Assembly: GCF_004010195.1 (NCBI RefSeq)
Contig: NW_025213831.1
Coordinates: 1-36,310 of the forward strand
Direction of reading: 5' to 3'
Source of the DNA: Chiloscyllium plagiosum
Taxonomy: Eukaryota
Length of the DNA: 36,310 bases
Of the stretch, positions 15,897-28,700 are shown piece by piece. The position numbers were made by a program, and so were the translations under genes. Numbering within the stretch: position 1 is the first letter of the stretch; every line of letters starts with the position of its first letter. Under the pieces are notes generated by a model. It was not told the DNA's origin, did no database searches, and worked only from the letters and a program-made list of their open reading frames with translations.

Positions 15897-16361
15897 TCTC
15901 TGACAGACTGTGACACACTGTGACACTCTCTGACTTTCTCTGAAACAAAATATGACACTCTCTGACAGCCTATGACACACGTTGCCACACTCTCACTAAC
16001 TGTGACCCTCTCTGAGACAAACGCTGACCCTCTCTGCCACTCTCTGAGACGCAGTCTGACTCACTGTGACCCTCTCTGACTCTCTCTGATGAACTCTTAA
16101 ATAAACTGTAACCTTCTCTGACAGACTGTGACACACTGTGACACTCTCTGACTCTCTCTGAAACAAAATATGACACTCTCTGACAGACTATGACACACGT
16201 TGCCACACTCTCACTAACTGTGACCCTCTCTGAGACAAACGCTGACCCTCTCTGCCACTCTCTGAGACGCTGTCTGACTCACTGTGACCCTCTCTGACTC
16301 TCTCTGATGAACTCTAAAATAAACTGTAACCTTCTCTGACAGACTGTGACACACTGTGACA
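15897..16361 (+). repeat. 218-bp local tandem duplication (about 2.1 copies)
   Basis: Rare variants GAAACAAAATATGAC, CGTTGCCACAC and GATGAACTCT recur 218 bp apart (TCTCACTAAC at 15991 and 16209). About 4 differences seen by eye. Confidence 0.9.
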
Positions 16362-17388
16362 ATCTTGGAGACACGCTGTGATACTTTCTGAGTCCCCCTG
16401 ACTGTCTGAGACACACTATGACACTCTCTGACCCTCTCTGACACTGCCTGAGACACACTATGACACTCTGTGATAGACACACTGAAACATTCTCTGCCTT
16501 TCTCTGCCTTTCTCTGAAATTCTCTGATGTTCGCTATGGCACTCTCTCACAGACTGTGATACTCTCTGATCCTCTCTGACGACAGAGTATGACACGTTGT
16601 GACATTATCTGACTTTTTCTGACAGTCTCGGAGGCACACTGTGACACTCGCTGACAGACTGAGACACACTGTGACACATTCTGACCCTCTCTGAGACAGA
16701 CTGTGACACTTTCTGATTCTCGCTGACTCTCTGAGGCATACTGTGACATTCTGTGACGCTCTCTGACACTCTTGCTAATACACACTGTAATACTCTCTGA
16801 CTCTGCCTGACGCTCTCTGAGACACACTATGACATTCTCTGACAGAGTATGACACACTGCGACATTCTCTGACTTTCTCTGACAGTATCGGGGTCACAAT
16901 GTGACACTCGCAGACAGACTGAGACACACTGTGACACATTCTGACCCTCTCTGAGACAGACTGTGACTCTCTCTGATGCTCTATGACACTCTTTTCGACA
17001 CATTGTGACACTCTTTGACTCTCTGAGACACACTGTAACTCACTCTGAAACTCTGAGACACAGTGTGACACTCCCGGACTCTCTGCGACACACTGTGACA
17101 CTCTCTGACACTCTCTGAGTCACACTGTGACACTCTCTGTCTCTCTCCGAAACACACGGTGCCACTCTCTGACAGAATGTGACAGACTGTGACACTCGCT
17201 GTGATACTCTCTGACACATTGTGACACTCTCTGACCGACTGTGACACTCCCTGACACACAGTGACATTATCTGAGACACTGTGACAATCTCTGACGCTCT
17301 CACAGGCTCACTATAATACTCTCTGACTCTCTCTGACACTCTCCGAGACACACTATGACGCTCTATGACTGACTGTGACATGGCATGA

Positions 17389-17399
17389 TGGCACAGTGG
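17389..17399 (+). promoter_or_regulatory. RNA polymerase III A box of the SINE
   Basis: TGGCACAGTGG fits the TRGCNNARYGG consensus. No GTTCRAnnC B box follows it. Confidence 0.85.
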
Positions 17400-17447
17400 T
17401 TAGCACTGCTGCCTCACCGCGCCAGAGACCCGCCTCAGGCGACTGAC

Positions 17448-17525
17448 TGTGTGGAGTTTGCACGTTCTCTCTGTGTCTGCGTGGGTTTCCTCCGTTTGCT
17501 CCGGTTTCCTCCCACAGTCCAAAGA
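17448..17525 (+). other. Conserved central V-domain of V-SINEs
   Basis: TGTGTGGAGTTTGCACGTTCTCTCTGTGTCTGCGTGGGTTTCCTCCGTTTGCTCCGGTTTCCTCCCACAGTCCAAAGA, including the characteristic doubled GGTTTCCTCC. Confidence 0.85.
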
Positions 17526-17633
17526 TGTTCATGTCAGGTGAATTGGCCATGCTAAATTGCTCATAGTGTTAGGTAAGGGGTAAATGTAGGGGTATGGGTG
17601 GGTTGCGCTTCGGCGGGGCGGTGTGGACCTGTT

Positions 17634-17676
17634 GGGCCGAAGGGCCTGTTTCCACACAGTATGTAATCTAATCTAA
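17634..17676 (+). other. LINE-derived (HER1/CR1-type) 3' stem-loop and short tandem tail of the SINE
   Basis: Hairpin GGGCC-GAAG-GGCCT at 17634-17647, followed by TAATCTAATCTAA at 17664-17676. Confidence 0.7.
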
Positions 17677-20600
17677 CCCCTGACCCCCGGTGAGATGCTC
17701 TGAGACGCTATGACACACTGTGACTCTCTCTGACTCATTCATACACATTCTGAGGCACACTGTGATACTCTCTGACAGACTGTGCCACTCTCTGACCCTC
17801 TGTGATACTCTCTGAGACACACTGTGAAACTCTCTGACACTCTCTGAAACACACTGTGACACTCTTTGACACTGTCTATGACACACTATGACACTTCCTG
17901 ACACACAGTGACACTCTCTGACTCTATCGGACACTCTCTGAGACACACTGTGACTCTTTCTGACAGTCTGTGACACACTGTGACACACCCTGACTCTCTC
18001 TGACAATCTCTAAAACACAATATGACACTCTCTGACAGACTGTGACACACCTTGACACTCTCTCACTAACTGTGAGCCTCTCTGAGACAAGCGCTGACAC
18101 TCTCTGAGACACAGTCTGACTCACTATGACCCTCTCTGTCTCTCTCTGGTACACTCTGAAATAAAATGTAACCTTCTCTTGCAGACTGTGACACACTGTG
18201 ATACTCTCGAGACACAGTGTAGCACTCTTTGACTGTTTCTGACGCTCTCTGCGACACACTGTGACTCTATCGGACACTCTCTGCCACTCTCTGCCATTCT
18301 CTGAGACACCCTGTGGCTCTCTCTGACAGACCGTGACACACTGACACACTCTCTGACTCTCTCTGACAATCTCTGAAACACAATATGGCACTCTCTGACA
18401 GACTGTGCCCCACGTTGACACACTCTCACTAACTGTGACCCTCTCTGAGACACACTGTGACACTCTCTGGTCCTCTCTAACACTCTATGAGACACACTAC
18501 ACTCTCTGACAGACACACTGAGACATTCTATGACTTTCTCTGAAATTCTCTGCGGCTCGCTATAACACGCCCTCACAGACTGTGACGCTCTCTGAGACAC
18601 ACTGTGACACTATCTGAGCGTCTCCGACATCTCTAGACACACTGAAACACTCTCTCACTCTCTCTGACGCTCTCTGAGACACACTATGACACTCTCCGAC
18701 AGATTCTGACACACTGCAACATTCTCTGACTTTCTCTGACAGTATCGGAGGCACATTGTGACACTCGCTGACAGACTGAGACACACTGTGACGCATTCTG
18801 ACGCATTCTGAGACAGACTGTGACTCTCTCTGATGCTCTCTTAGACACACTGTGACACTCTTTGACTCTCTGAGACACACTGTAACTCACTCTGAAACTC
18901 TGAGACACAGTGTGACACTCTCTGACTCTCTGAGACACACTGTAACTCACTCTGACACTCTGAGACACACTGTGACACTCTCTGACCCTCTCTGACTCTC
19001 TCTGAGACACACTGACACAATCTGACAGGCTGTGACACACTGTGACACTCTTTGACAGTCTCTATGACGCGCTATGACACTTCCTGATACACTGTGAAAC
19101 TCTCTGACTCTCTCAGACACTCTCTGAGACACACTGTGACTCTGTCTGACAGTCTGTGACACTCTCTGAAATTCTCTGAGGCTCGCTACTGTGACACACC
19201 TTGGCTCGCTCTGAGTTTCACAGACTGTGACACTCTCTGAGACACACTGTAACATTCTCTGACTCTCTCTGACGCTCTCTTAGCCACACTATGACACTCT
19301 CTGACAGAGTATGACACACTGTGACATTATCTGACTTTCACTGACAGTCTTGGAGGCACACTGTGACACTTGCTGACAGACTGAGGCACACCGTGGCACA
19401 TTCTGACCCTCTCTCAGACAGACTGTGACACTCTCTGACGCTCTGTGACACTCTCATAGACACACTGTGACACTCTCTGACTCTCTCTGATACACTCTGA
19501 AATACACTGTAATGGTCTCGACAGAAGGTGACAGACTGTGACACTCTCTGAGACAGACTGTGACACTTTCTGACTCTCTCTGACTATCTGAGACACACTG
19601 TGACAACCTCTGAGCGTCTCTGATACTCTCAGACACATACTGTAACACTCTCTGACTCTCTCTGACGCTCTCTGGGACACACTATGACACTCTCTGACAG
19701 AGTATGAGACACTGTGACGTTCTATGACAGTCTCGGAGGCACAATGCGATACTCGCTGACAGACTGAGACACTCTGTGATGCATTCTGACCCTCTCTGAG
19801 ACAGACTTTGACTCTATCTGATGCTTTCTGACACTGTCTTAGACACACTGTGACAGTCTTCGACTCTCTGAGACACACTGTGACACTCTCTGACTCTCTC
19901 TGACACATTCTGAGGCACACTGTGACACTCTCTGATAGACTGTGACACACTGTAATTCTCCCTGACTCTGTCTGATACTCTGCGACACACAGTGACACTA
20001 TGTGACTCTGTGACACTCTGAGACTGACTGTACCACTCTCTGACCCTCTCTGATACTCTCTGAAACATACTGTGAAACTCTCTGACACTCTCTGAAACAC
20101 ACTGTGACACACTCTGACAGACTGTGACACACTGTCACACTGTTTGACACTCTGTATGACAAACTTCTCTTGCAGACTGTGACACACTGTGATACTCTCG
20201 GAGACACACTGTGACACTTTCTCTGACTCTCTCTGACTGTCTGAGACACACTGAAACACTCTATGAGAAACACTGTGACACTCACTGACCATCTTTGAGA
20301 CACAGTGTTACACTCTCTGACTCTTTCTGACACTCTCTGAGACACACTATGACACTCTCTGACAGACTATGTGACATTCTCTGACCTTCTCTGAGACTCT
20401 CTGAGGAACACTGCGACTCTCTCTCACAGACAGTGGCACACTGTGACACTCTCCGAGACAGACTGTCACACTGTCTGACTCTCTCTGAGCGTGAGACACA
20501 CTGTGACATTCTCTGATCCTCTCTGACACTCTCTGAGACACACTGCAACCCTCTCTGACTCTATCTGACGCTCTCTTAGTCACACTCTGACACTCTCTGA

Positions 20601-22580
20601 CAGAGTATGATACACTGTGACCTTATCTGACTTTCTCTGACAGTCTTGGAGGCACACTATGACACTCGCTGACACACTGTGACACATTATGACCCTCTCT
20701 GAGTCATAATGTGACACTCCCTGACGCTCTCTGACACTCTCGTAGACACAATGTAACACTCTGACTCTCTGAGAAACACTGTAACTCACTCTGACACGCT
20801 GTGACACACTGTGACTCTCTCTGACGCACTCTGAAACACACAGTGATACTCTCTGACACACCGTGACACTCTCTGACTATCTGTGACACTCTCTGTCACA
20901 CGGTGACATCATCTGAAACACTGTGACTCTCTCTGACACTCTGAGACACACGGTGACAATCTGTGGCTTTCTGCAGCAATCTGAGACACACTGCGACTCT
21001 CTCTGACCCTCTCTGACACTCTGAGACACACTGTGACACTCTCTGTCACTCTTTGAAACACACTGAGACATTCTCTTGACTATCAGTGACACGGTGACGT
21101 TATTGAGACAGATTGTGACTCTCTCTGATGCTCTTTGATCCTCACTTAGACACACTGTGACATTCTTTGACTCTTTAAGACACGCTGTAACTCACTCTGA
21201 CACTCTGAGACACACTGTGACACTCTCTGACACTCTCTTAATATCTCTGAGACACACTGTAAAACTCTCTGACTCTCTCTGAAACACACGGGGACATTCT
21301 CTGACATAATGTGACACTCTCAGACCAGCTGTGACACTCACTGACACATGGTGACATTATCTGAGACACTGTGACAACCTCTGACACATTCTGAGACTGA
21401 CTGTGCCACTCTCTGACCCTCTCAGACACTCTCTGAGACACGAGATCAAACTCTCTGACACTCTCTGAAACAAACTGTGACACTCACTGACAGACTGTGA
21501 CACACTGTGACAATCTTTGACACTCTCTATGACTCGCTATGACACTTCCTGACACACTGTGACACTCTCTGACTCTTTCGGACACTCTCTGAGACACCCG
21601 GTGACTCTCTGACAGTCTGTGACACACTGTGGCACACTCTGACTCTCTCTGACAATCTCTGAAACACAATATGACACTCTCTGATAGACTGTGACTCACG
21701 TTGACACTCTCTCACTATCTGTAACCCTCTCTGCGACAACCGCTGACCCTCTCTGACTCTCTCTGAGACAGTCTTACTCACTGTGACCCTCTCTGACTCT
21801 CTCTGGTGCACTCTGAATTAGACTGTAACCTTCTCTTGCAGACTGTGACACACTGTGATTCTCTCGGAGACAGACTGTGATACTCTTTGACACTCTCAGA
21901 CACTCTCTGATACACACTGTCACACTCCCTGACTGTTTCTGACACTCTCCGAGGCACGCTATGACATTCTCTGACAGACTATGACACATTGTGATATTCT
22001 CTGACTTTCTCTGAGACTCTATGAGGCACACTTTGAAACTCTCTCACAGATTGTGACACAGTGTGATACTCTCTGAGACAGACTGTGACACTCTGACTCT
22101 CTGAGACACACTGTGACACTCTCTGAGACACACTGTGACCTGAGAAACACTGTGACACTCTCTGACTCTGTCTGACGCTCTCTTAGACAGAGTAGGCCAC
22201 ATTGCGACATTCTCTGAATTTCTCTGTTTCTGTCAGTCTCGGAGGCACACTGCGACACTCGCTAACAGACTGAGACACACTGTGACACGTTCTGACCTTC
22301 TCTGAGACAGACAGTGACACTCTCTGACGTTCTCTGACACTCTCTTAGACACACTGTAACTCACTCTGACACTCTGAAACACACTGTGACACTATCTGAC
22401 CCTCTCTGACCCTCTCTGACACACTCTGAAACACACAGTGACACTCTCTGACACACTGTGACACTCTCTGACTATCTGCGACACTCTCTGACACGCGGTG
22501 ACGTTATCTGAGACACTGTGACTCTCTCTGACACTCTGAGCCACACTGTGACACTCTGTGGCTCTTTGTGACAATCTGAG

Positions 22581-22760
22581 ACACACTGTGACACTCTCTG
22601 ACCCTCTCTGATACTCTGAGATACACTGTGACACTCTCTGACCCTCTCTGACACTCTGAGACACACCGTGACACTCTCTGACCCTCTCTGCCACTCTGTG
22701 ACACACTGTGACACTCTCTGACCCTCTCTGATACTCTGTGACACACTGTGACACTCTCTG
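22581..22760 (+). repeat. 40-bp tandem repeat (4.5 copies) with a strict 10-bp sub-period
   Basis: ACACACTGTG ACACTCTCTG ACCCTCTCTG AYACTCTGWG units at 22581, 22621, 22661 and 22701, partial at 22741. Confidence 0.9.
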
Positions 22761-25700
22761 ACACTCACTGACACTCTCTGAAACACACTGTGCCACTTTG
22801 ACAGACTGTGACACTCTGTGTCACCCTCTGTGAGACACTATGACATTTCCTGACACACTGTTACTCTCTTTGACTGTCTCGGAAACTCTCTGAGACACAC
22901 TGTGGCGCACTCTGAGACACGCTGTGACTATCTGACTCTCTCTGAGACAGACTGTGACACTTTCTGACTCTCTCTGACTCTCTGAGATACACTGTGACAC
23001 TCTCTGAGCGTCTCTGACACTGTCTGAGACACACTGTGACACTCTCCGAGCGTCTCTGACACACTCTGAGACACACTGTAACACTCTCTGACGCTCGCTG
23101 AGACGCACTATGACACTCTCTGACAGAGTATGACAACTGTGACACTCTCAGACTTTCTCTGACAGTCTCGGAGGCACACTATGACACTCGCTGACTGACT
23201 GAGGCACACTGTGACGCATTCTGACCCCTCTCTGAGACGCACTGCAACTCACCGTGACCCTCTCCGACCCTCTCTGAGTCTCTCTGAGACACACAGTGAC
23301 ATTCTCTGACTCTCACTAAAACACACGGTGACACTCTCTTACAGGATGTGACAGACTATGACACTCTCTGTGATATTCTCTGACACATTGTGACTCTCTG
23401 ACCGACTGTGACACTCCCTGCCACACGGTGACACTATCTGAGCCACTGTGACAATCTCTGACACTCTCTTAGACACACTGTAACACTCGCTGAATCTCTC
23501 TCACACTCTCTGAGACACAGGATGACACTCTCTGACCGACTGTGACACTCCCTGACGCCCGGTGAGATTCCCTGAGACGCTATGACACTCGCTGACACTC
23601 TCTTAGACACACTATGACACTCTCTCTGACACACTCTGAGACACAGCATGACTCACTGTGACACTCTCTGACTCTCTCTGATACACTCTGAAATACACTG
23701 TAACCTTCTCTAACAGACTGTGACGCACTTTGACACTTTCAGAGACACACGGCGACAGTTTCTGACTCTTTCTGACACTCTGAGACACATTGTGACACTG
23801 TGTGACTCTCTGTGAAACACTGAGACACACTGTGACACTCTCTGACCCTATCTGACACTCTCTGAGACACACTGCGACACTCTCTGACACTCTCTGAAAC
23901 ACACTGTGACACTGCCTGACAGACTGTGACACTCTCTGACTCTCGGACACTCTCTGGGATACACTGTAACACTCTCTGACTCTTTCTGACACTCTCTGAG
24001 ACACGCTATGACACACTGTGACAGACTATGACACACTGTGACATTTTCTGAGACACACTGTAACACTCTCTGACTCTCTCTGGCACTCTCTGAGACACAC
24101 TACGACACTCTCTGACAGACTATGACACACTGATACATTCTCTGACTTTCTCTGAAATTCCCTGAGGCTCGCTATGACCCGCTCTCACAGACTGTGACAC
24201 TCTCTGAGACACACTGTGACACTCTCTGATCCTCTCTGAGAGACATTGTAACACTCTCTGACGCACTCTAATGATCTCTGAGACACACTGTGACACATTC
24301 TGAGCTTCTCTGAGACAGACTGTGACACTCTCTGACGCTCTGAGACCCACTGTAACTCACTCTGACACTCTGAGACACACTGGGACACTTCCTGAGACAG
24401 ACTGTGACACTTTCTGACTCTCTCTGACTCTCTGAGACACATTGTGACAATCTCTGAGCGTCTCTGACACTCTCTGAGCGTCTCTAACACTCTGAGACAC
24501 ACTGTAACACTCTCTGACGCTCTCTAACGTTCTCTGAGAAACACTATGACACTCTCTGATAGAGTATGACACACTGTGACATTCTCTGACTATCTCTGAC
24601 AGTATTGGAGGCACACTGTGACACTCGCTGACAGACTGAGACACACTGTGACGCATTCTAACCCTCTTTGAGACAGACTGTGACTATCTCTGATGCTCTC
24701 TGACACTCTCTGAGACACACTTTGACACTCTTTGACTCTCTGAGACGCAGTAACTCACTCTGAAACTCTGAGACGCGGTGTGACACTCTCTGACTCCCTG
24801 AGACATACTGTAACTGACTCTGACACTCTTAAACACACTGTGACACTCTCTGACCGTATCTAACTCTCTCTGAGACACACTGTGACACTCTCTGACTCTC
24901 TCTGAAACACACGGTGATACTCTCTGACAGAATGTGACAGACTGTGACACTCTCTGTGATACTCTCTGACACATTATGACACTCCCTGACAGACTGTGAC
25001 ACTCCCTGACACCCGGTGAGATTCTCTGAGACGCTATGACACTCTCATAGATACACTGTGATACTCTCTGTCTCTCTTTGGCACATTCTCAGGCACACTG
25101 TGACACTCTCTGACAGACTGTGACACACTGTAATTCTCTCTGACTCTCTCTGATGCTCTGAGACACACAGTGACACTCTGAGACTGACTGTGCCACTCTC
25201 TGACTCTCTCTGACACTCTGGGGCGCACTGTGAAATTCTCTGACACTCTCTGAAACACACTGTGACACACTCTGACAGGCTGAGACACACTGTGACACTC
25301 TTTGACAGTCTCTATGACACACTATGACACTCTCTGACACACTGTGACACTCTCTGACTCTCTCAGACACTCTCTGAGACACACTGTGACTCTCTCTGAC
25401 AGTCTGTGACACACTGTGACACTCTCTCACTGACTGTGAGTCTCTCTGAGACAAACGCAGACCCTCTCTGAGACACAGTCTGACTCACCGTGACCATCCC
25501 TGACTCCGTCTGATTAACTATGAAATAAACTGTAACCTTCTCTTGCAGACTGTGACGCACTGCGACACACTGGGAGACACACTGTGACACTTTCTGACTC
25601 TGTCTGGCACTATCTGAGACACACTGCAACACTCTCTGACACTTTCTGACACTCTCTGAGACACACTATGACACTCTCTGACAGACTATGACACACTGTG

Positions 25701-28700
25701 ATATTCTCTGACTTTCTCTGAGACCCTCTGAGACACACTGTGACACTCTCTCACGGACTGTAACACACTGTGACACAATGTGAAACTCTCTGAGACAGAC
25801 TGTGACACTCTCTGACTCTCTCTGACTCACTCTGATGCACACTGTGACAGTCTCTGACTCTTGCTGTAACACACGGTGACACTCTCTGACCGACTGCGAC
25901 ACTCCCTGACACACGGTGACATTCTCTGAGACACTGTGACACTCTCTGACTCTCTCTGACACATTGTGAGGCACACTAAAACATTCTCTGACAGACTGTG
26001 ACACCCTCTGACTCTCTCTGACCCACTGAGACACACCGTGACACTCTCTGACCCTCTCTGACACTCTCTGTGACACACAGTGACACTCTCTGACCTTCGC
26101 TGAAATACCAGGTGACACTCTCTGACACACTGTGACACTCTCTGACCGACTGATACACTCCCTGACACACGGTAACATTCTCTGAGACACTATGACACTC
26201 TCTGACACTCTCTGAGACACACTGGAACACTCTCTGAGACACACTAATACACTCTCTGGCAGACTGTGACACAATGTGACATTCTCTGACTCTCTCTGAC
26301 ACTCTCTTAGACACTCTGTGACACTCTCTGACCCACTCAGACACATTCTGAGGCACATTGTGACATTCTCTGACAGACTGTGACACACTGACTCTCTCTG
26401 ACTCTCTCTGAGACACAGCATGACTCACTGTGATACTCTTTGACTCTCTCTGATACACTCTGAAATACACTGTAACCTTCTCTTACAAATTGTGACACAC
26501 TATGACACTCTCTGAGACACACTGTGACACTTTCCGACCGTCTCTGACACTCTCTGGGATACATTGTAACACTCTTTGACTCTTTCTGACACTCTCTGAG
26601 ACAGGTTATGACGCTCTCTGACAGACTATGACACACTGTGACATTCTCTGAGACACACTGTGACACTCTCTGACACTTTCTGACACTCTCTGAGACCCAC
26701 TATGACACTTCCTGACAGACTATGACACACTGTGACATTCTCTGACGTTCTCTGAGACTCTCTGAGGCACACTGTGACACTCTCTGACAGACTGTGACCC
26801 ACTGTGACTCTCTCTGACTCTCTGACACTCTCTGAGACACGGTATGACTCACTGTGACACTCTCTGACTCTCTCTGATACACTCTGAAATACAGTGTAAC
26901 CTTCTCTTACAGACTGCGAAGCACTTCGACACTTTCGGAGATACACTGTGACAGTTTCTGACTCTCTGACACTCTTGGAGACACATTGTGACACTCTCTG
27001 AGACACACTGTGACGCTCTCTGACCCTCTCTGACACTATCTGAGACACACTGTAACCGTCTCTGACTCTTTTTGACACTCTTTGAGATAACCTATGACAT
27101 TCTCTGACTGACTATGATACATTGTGACATTCTATCAGACTCTCTGAGGCAGACTTTGAAACTCTCTCACAGATTGTGACACAGTGTGACAATATCTGAG
27201 ACAGACTGTGACACTTTCTGACTCTCTCTGATTCTCTGAGACACACTGTGGCACTCTCTGAGACACACTGTGACACTCTCTGATCCTCTCTGACACTGTC
27301 TAAGACACAGTGCAACACTTTCTGACTCTGTCTGACGCTCTCTTAGACACACAATGACACTCTCTGACAGAGTAAGACACACTGGGACATTCTCTGACTT
27401 GCTCTGACAGTCTCGGAGGCACACTGTGACACTTGCTGACAGACTGAGACACACTGTGACACGTTCTGACCCTCTCTGAGACAGACTGTGACACTCTCTG
27501 ACGCTCTCTGACACTCTCTTAGACACACTGTGACACTCTGACTCTCTGAGACACACTGTAACTCACTTTGACACTCTGAGACACACTGTGACACTGTCTG
27601 ACCCTCTCTGACACACTCTGAAACACACAGTGACACTCTCTGACACACTGTGACACTCTCTGACTATCTGTGGCACTCTCTGACACTTTCTGAAACACAC
27701 TGTGACACTCTCTGACATTCCTTGACACACTGTGACACTCTCTGACGGTCTCGGACACTCTCTGATACACACTGTGACGCTCTCTGAGACACATTGTGAC
27801 TCTATCCGTCACTCTCTGAGACACAATATGACTCTGTCTGACACGCTCTGACATTCTCTGAGACACCCTGTGACTCTCTCTGACAGTCTTGACACACTGT
27901 GACATTCTCTGACTCTCTCTGACAATCTCTGAAACACAATATGACACTCTGTGACAGACTGTGACACATCTTGACACACTCTCACTAACTGTGACCCTCT
28001 ATGAGACAGACGCTGACCCTCTCTGAGACGCAGTCTGATGCACTGTTACCCTCTCTGACTCTCTCTGATGAACTCTGAAATAAACTGTAACCTTTTCTTG
28101 CAGACTGTGACACACCGTGACACTCTCGGAGACACACTGTGACGCTTTCTGACTCTGTCTGGCACTATCTGAGACACACTGTAACACTCTCTGACTCTTT
28201 CTGACACTCTCTGAGACACACCATGACACTCTCTGACAGACTATGACACACTGTGACGTTCTCAGACTTTCTCTGAGACGCTGTGAGGCACACTGTGACA
28301 CTCTCTCACAGACTGTACCACACTGTGAGACACACTGAGGCACACTGTGACAGTCTCTGACAGACTGTGACCCATTGTGACTCTCTCAGACACTCTGAAA
28401 CACACTGTGACACTCTCTGATAGACTGTGACGCTCTCTGACACGCTCTGTGACACACTATGACAGTCTCTGACACACAGTGACACTCACTGACTCTCTCT
28501 GACACTCTCTGAGACACACTGTGACACTGTCTGAGACACACTGTGAATATATCTGACGCTCTCTGACCCTCTCTGTGACACACTGTGACACTCTCTGACT
28601 CTCGCTGAAACACACGGTGACACTGTCTGACCGCTGCGACCCTCCATGACACACGGTGACATTCTCTGAGACCCTGTGACACTCTCTGGGACACACTGTA

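Larger units (their letters stand above)
173..17380 (+). repeat. Complex low-complexity satellite (TG/AC/TC/AG words of 8-12 bp), left arm
   Basis: Continuous run of TGACACTCTC, TGAGACACAC, TGTGACAC and TGACAGAC words with point variants. It keeps one orientation and contains recurrent modules such as CTCCGTCACAATC and CACGGTGACGTTATCTGAG. Confidence 0.97.
17381..17676 (+). mobile_element. tRNA-derived V-SINE, elasmobranch HE1-like; near full length, B box deleted
   Basis: tRNA-like head TGGCACAGTGGTTAGCACTGCTGCCTCAC; V-SINE central domain GTGTGGAGTTTGCACGTTCTC...GCGTGGGTTTCCTCCG...TGCTCCGGTTTCCTCCCACAGTCCAAAGA; LINE-like 3' end GGGCCGAAGGGCCTGTTTCC; short TAATCTAATCTAA tail. It interrupts the satellite abruptly. 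The family is assigned from my recollection of the consensus, not from a search. Confidence 0.92.

Noticed and set aside
17381..17445. Functional tRNA gene
   Set aside because: Only the A-box/D-arm-like part is present, the T-arm/B box is missing, and it runs straight into the SINE body.
17353..17550. 65-aa ORF MANSPDMNIFGLWEETG...
   Set aside because: It is the antisense translation of the SINE head and V-domain.
17577..17620. Locus-specific G-quadruplex element
   Set aside because: The G-runs are part of the ordinary SINE body, with no evidence of a local role.
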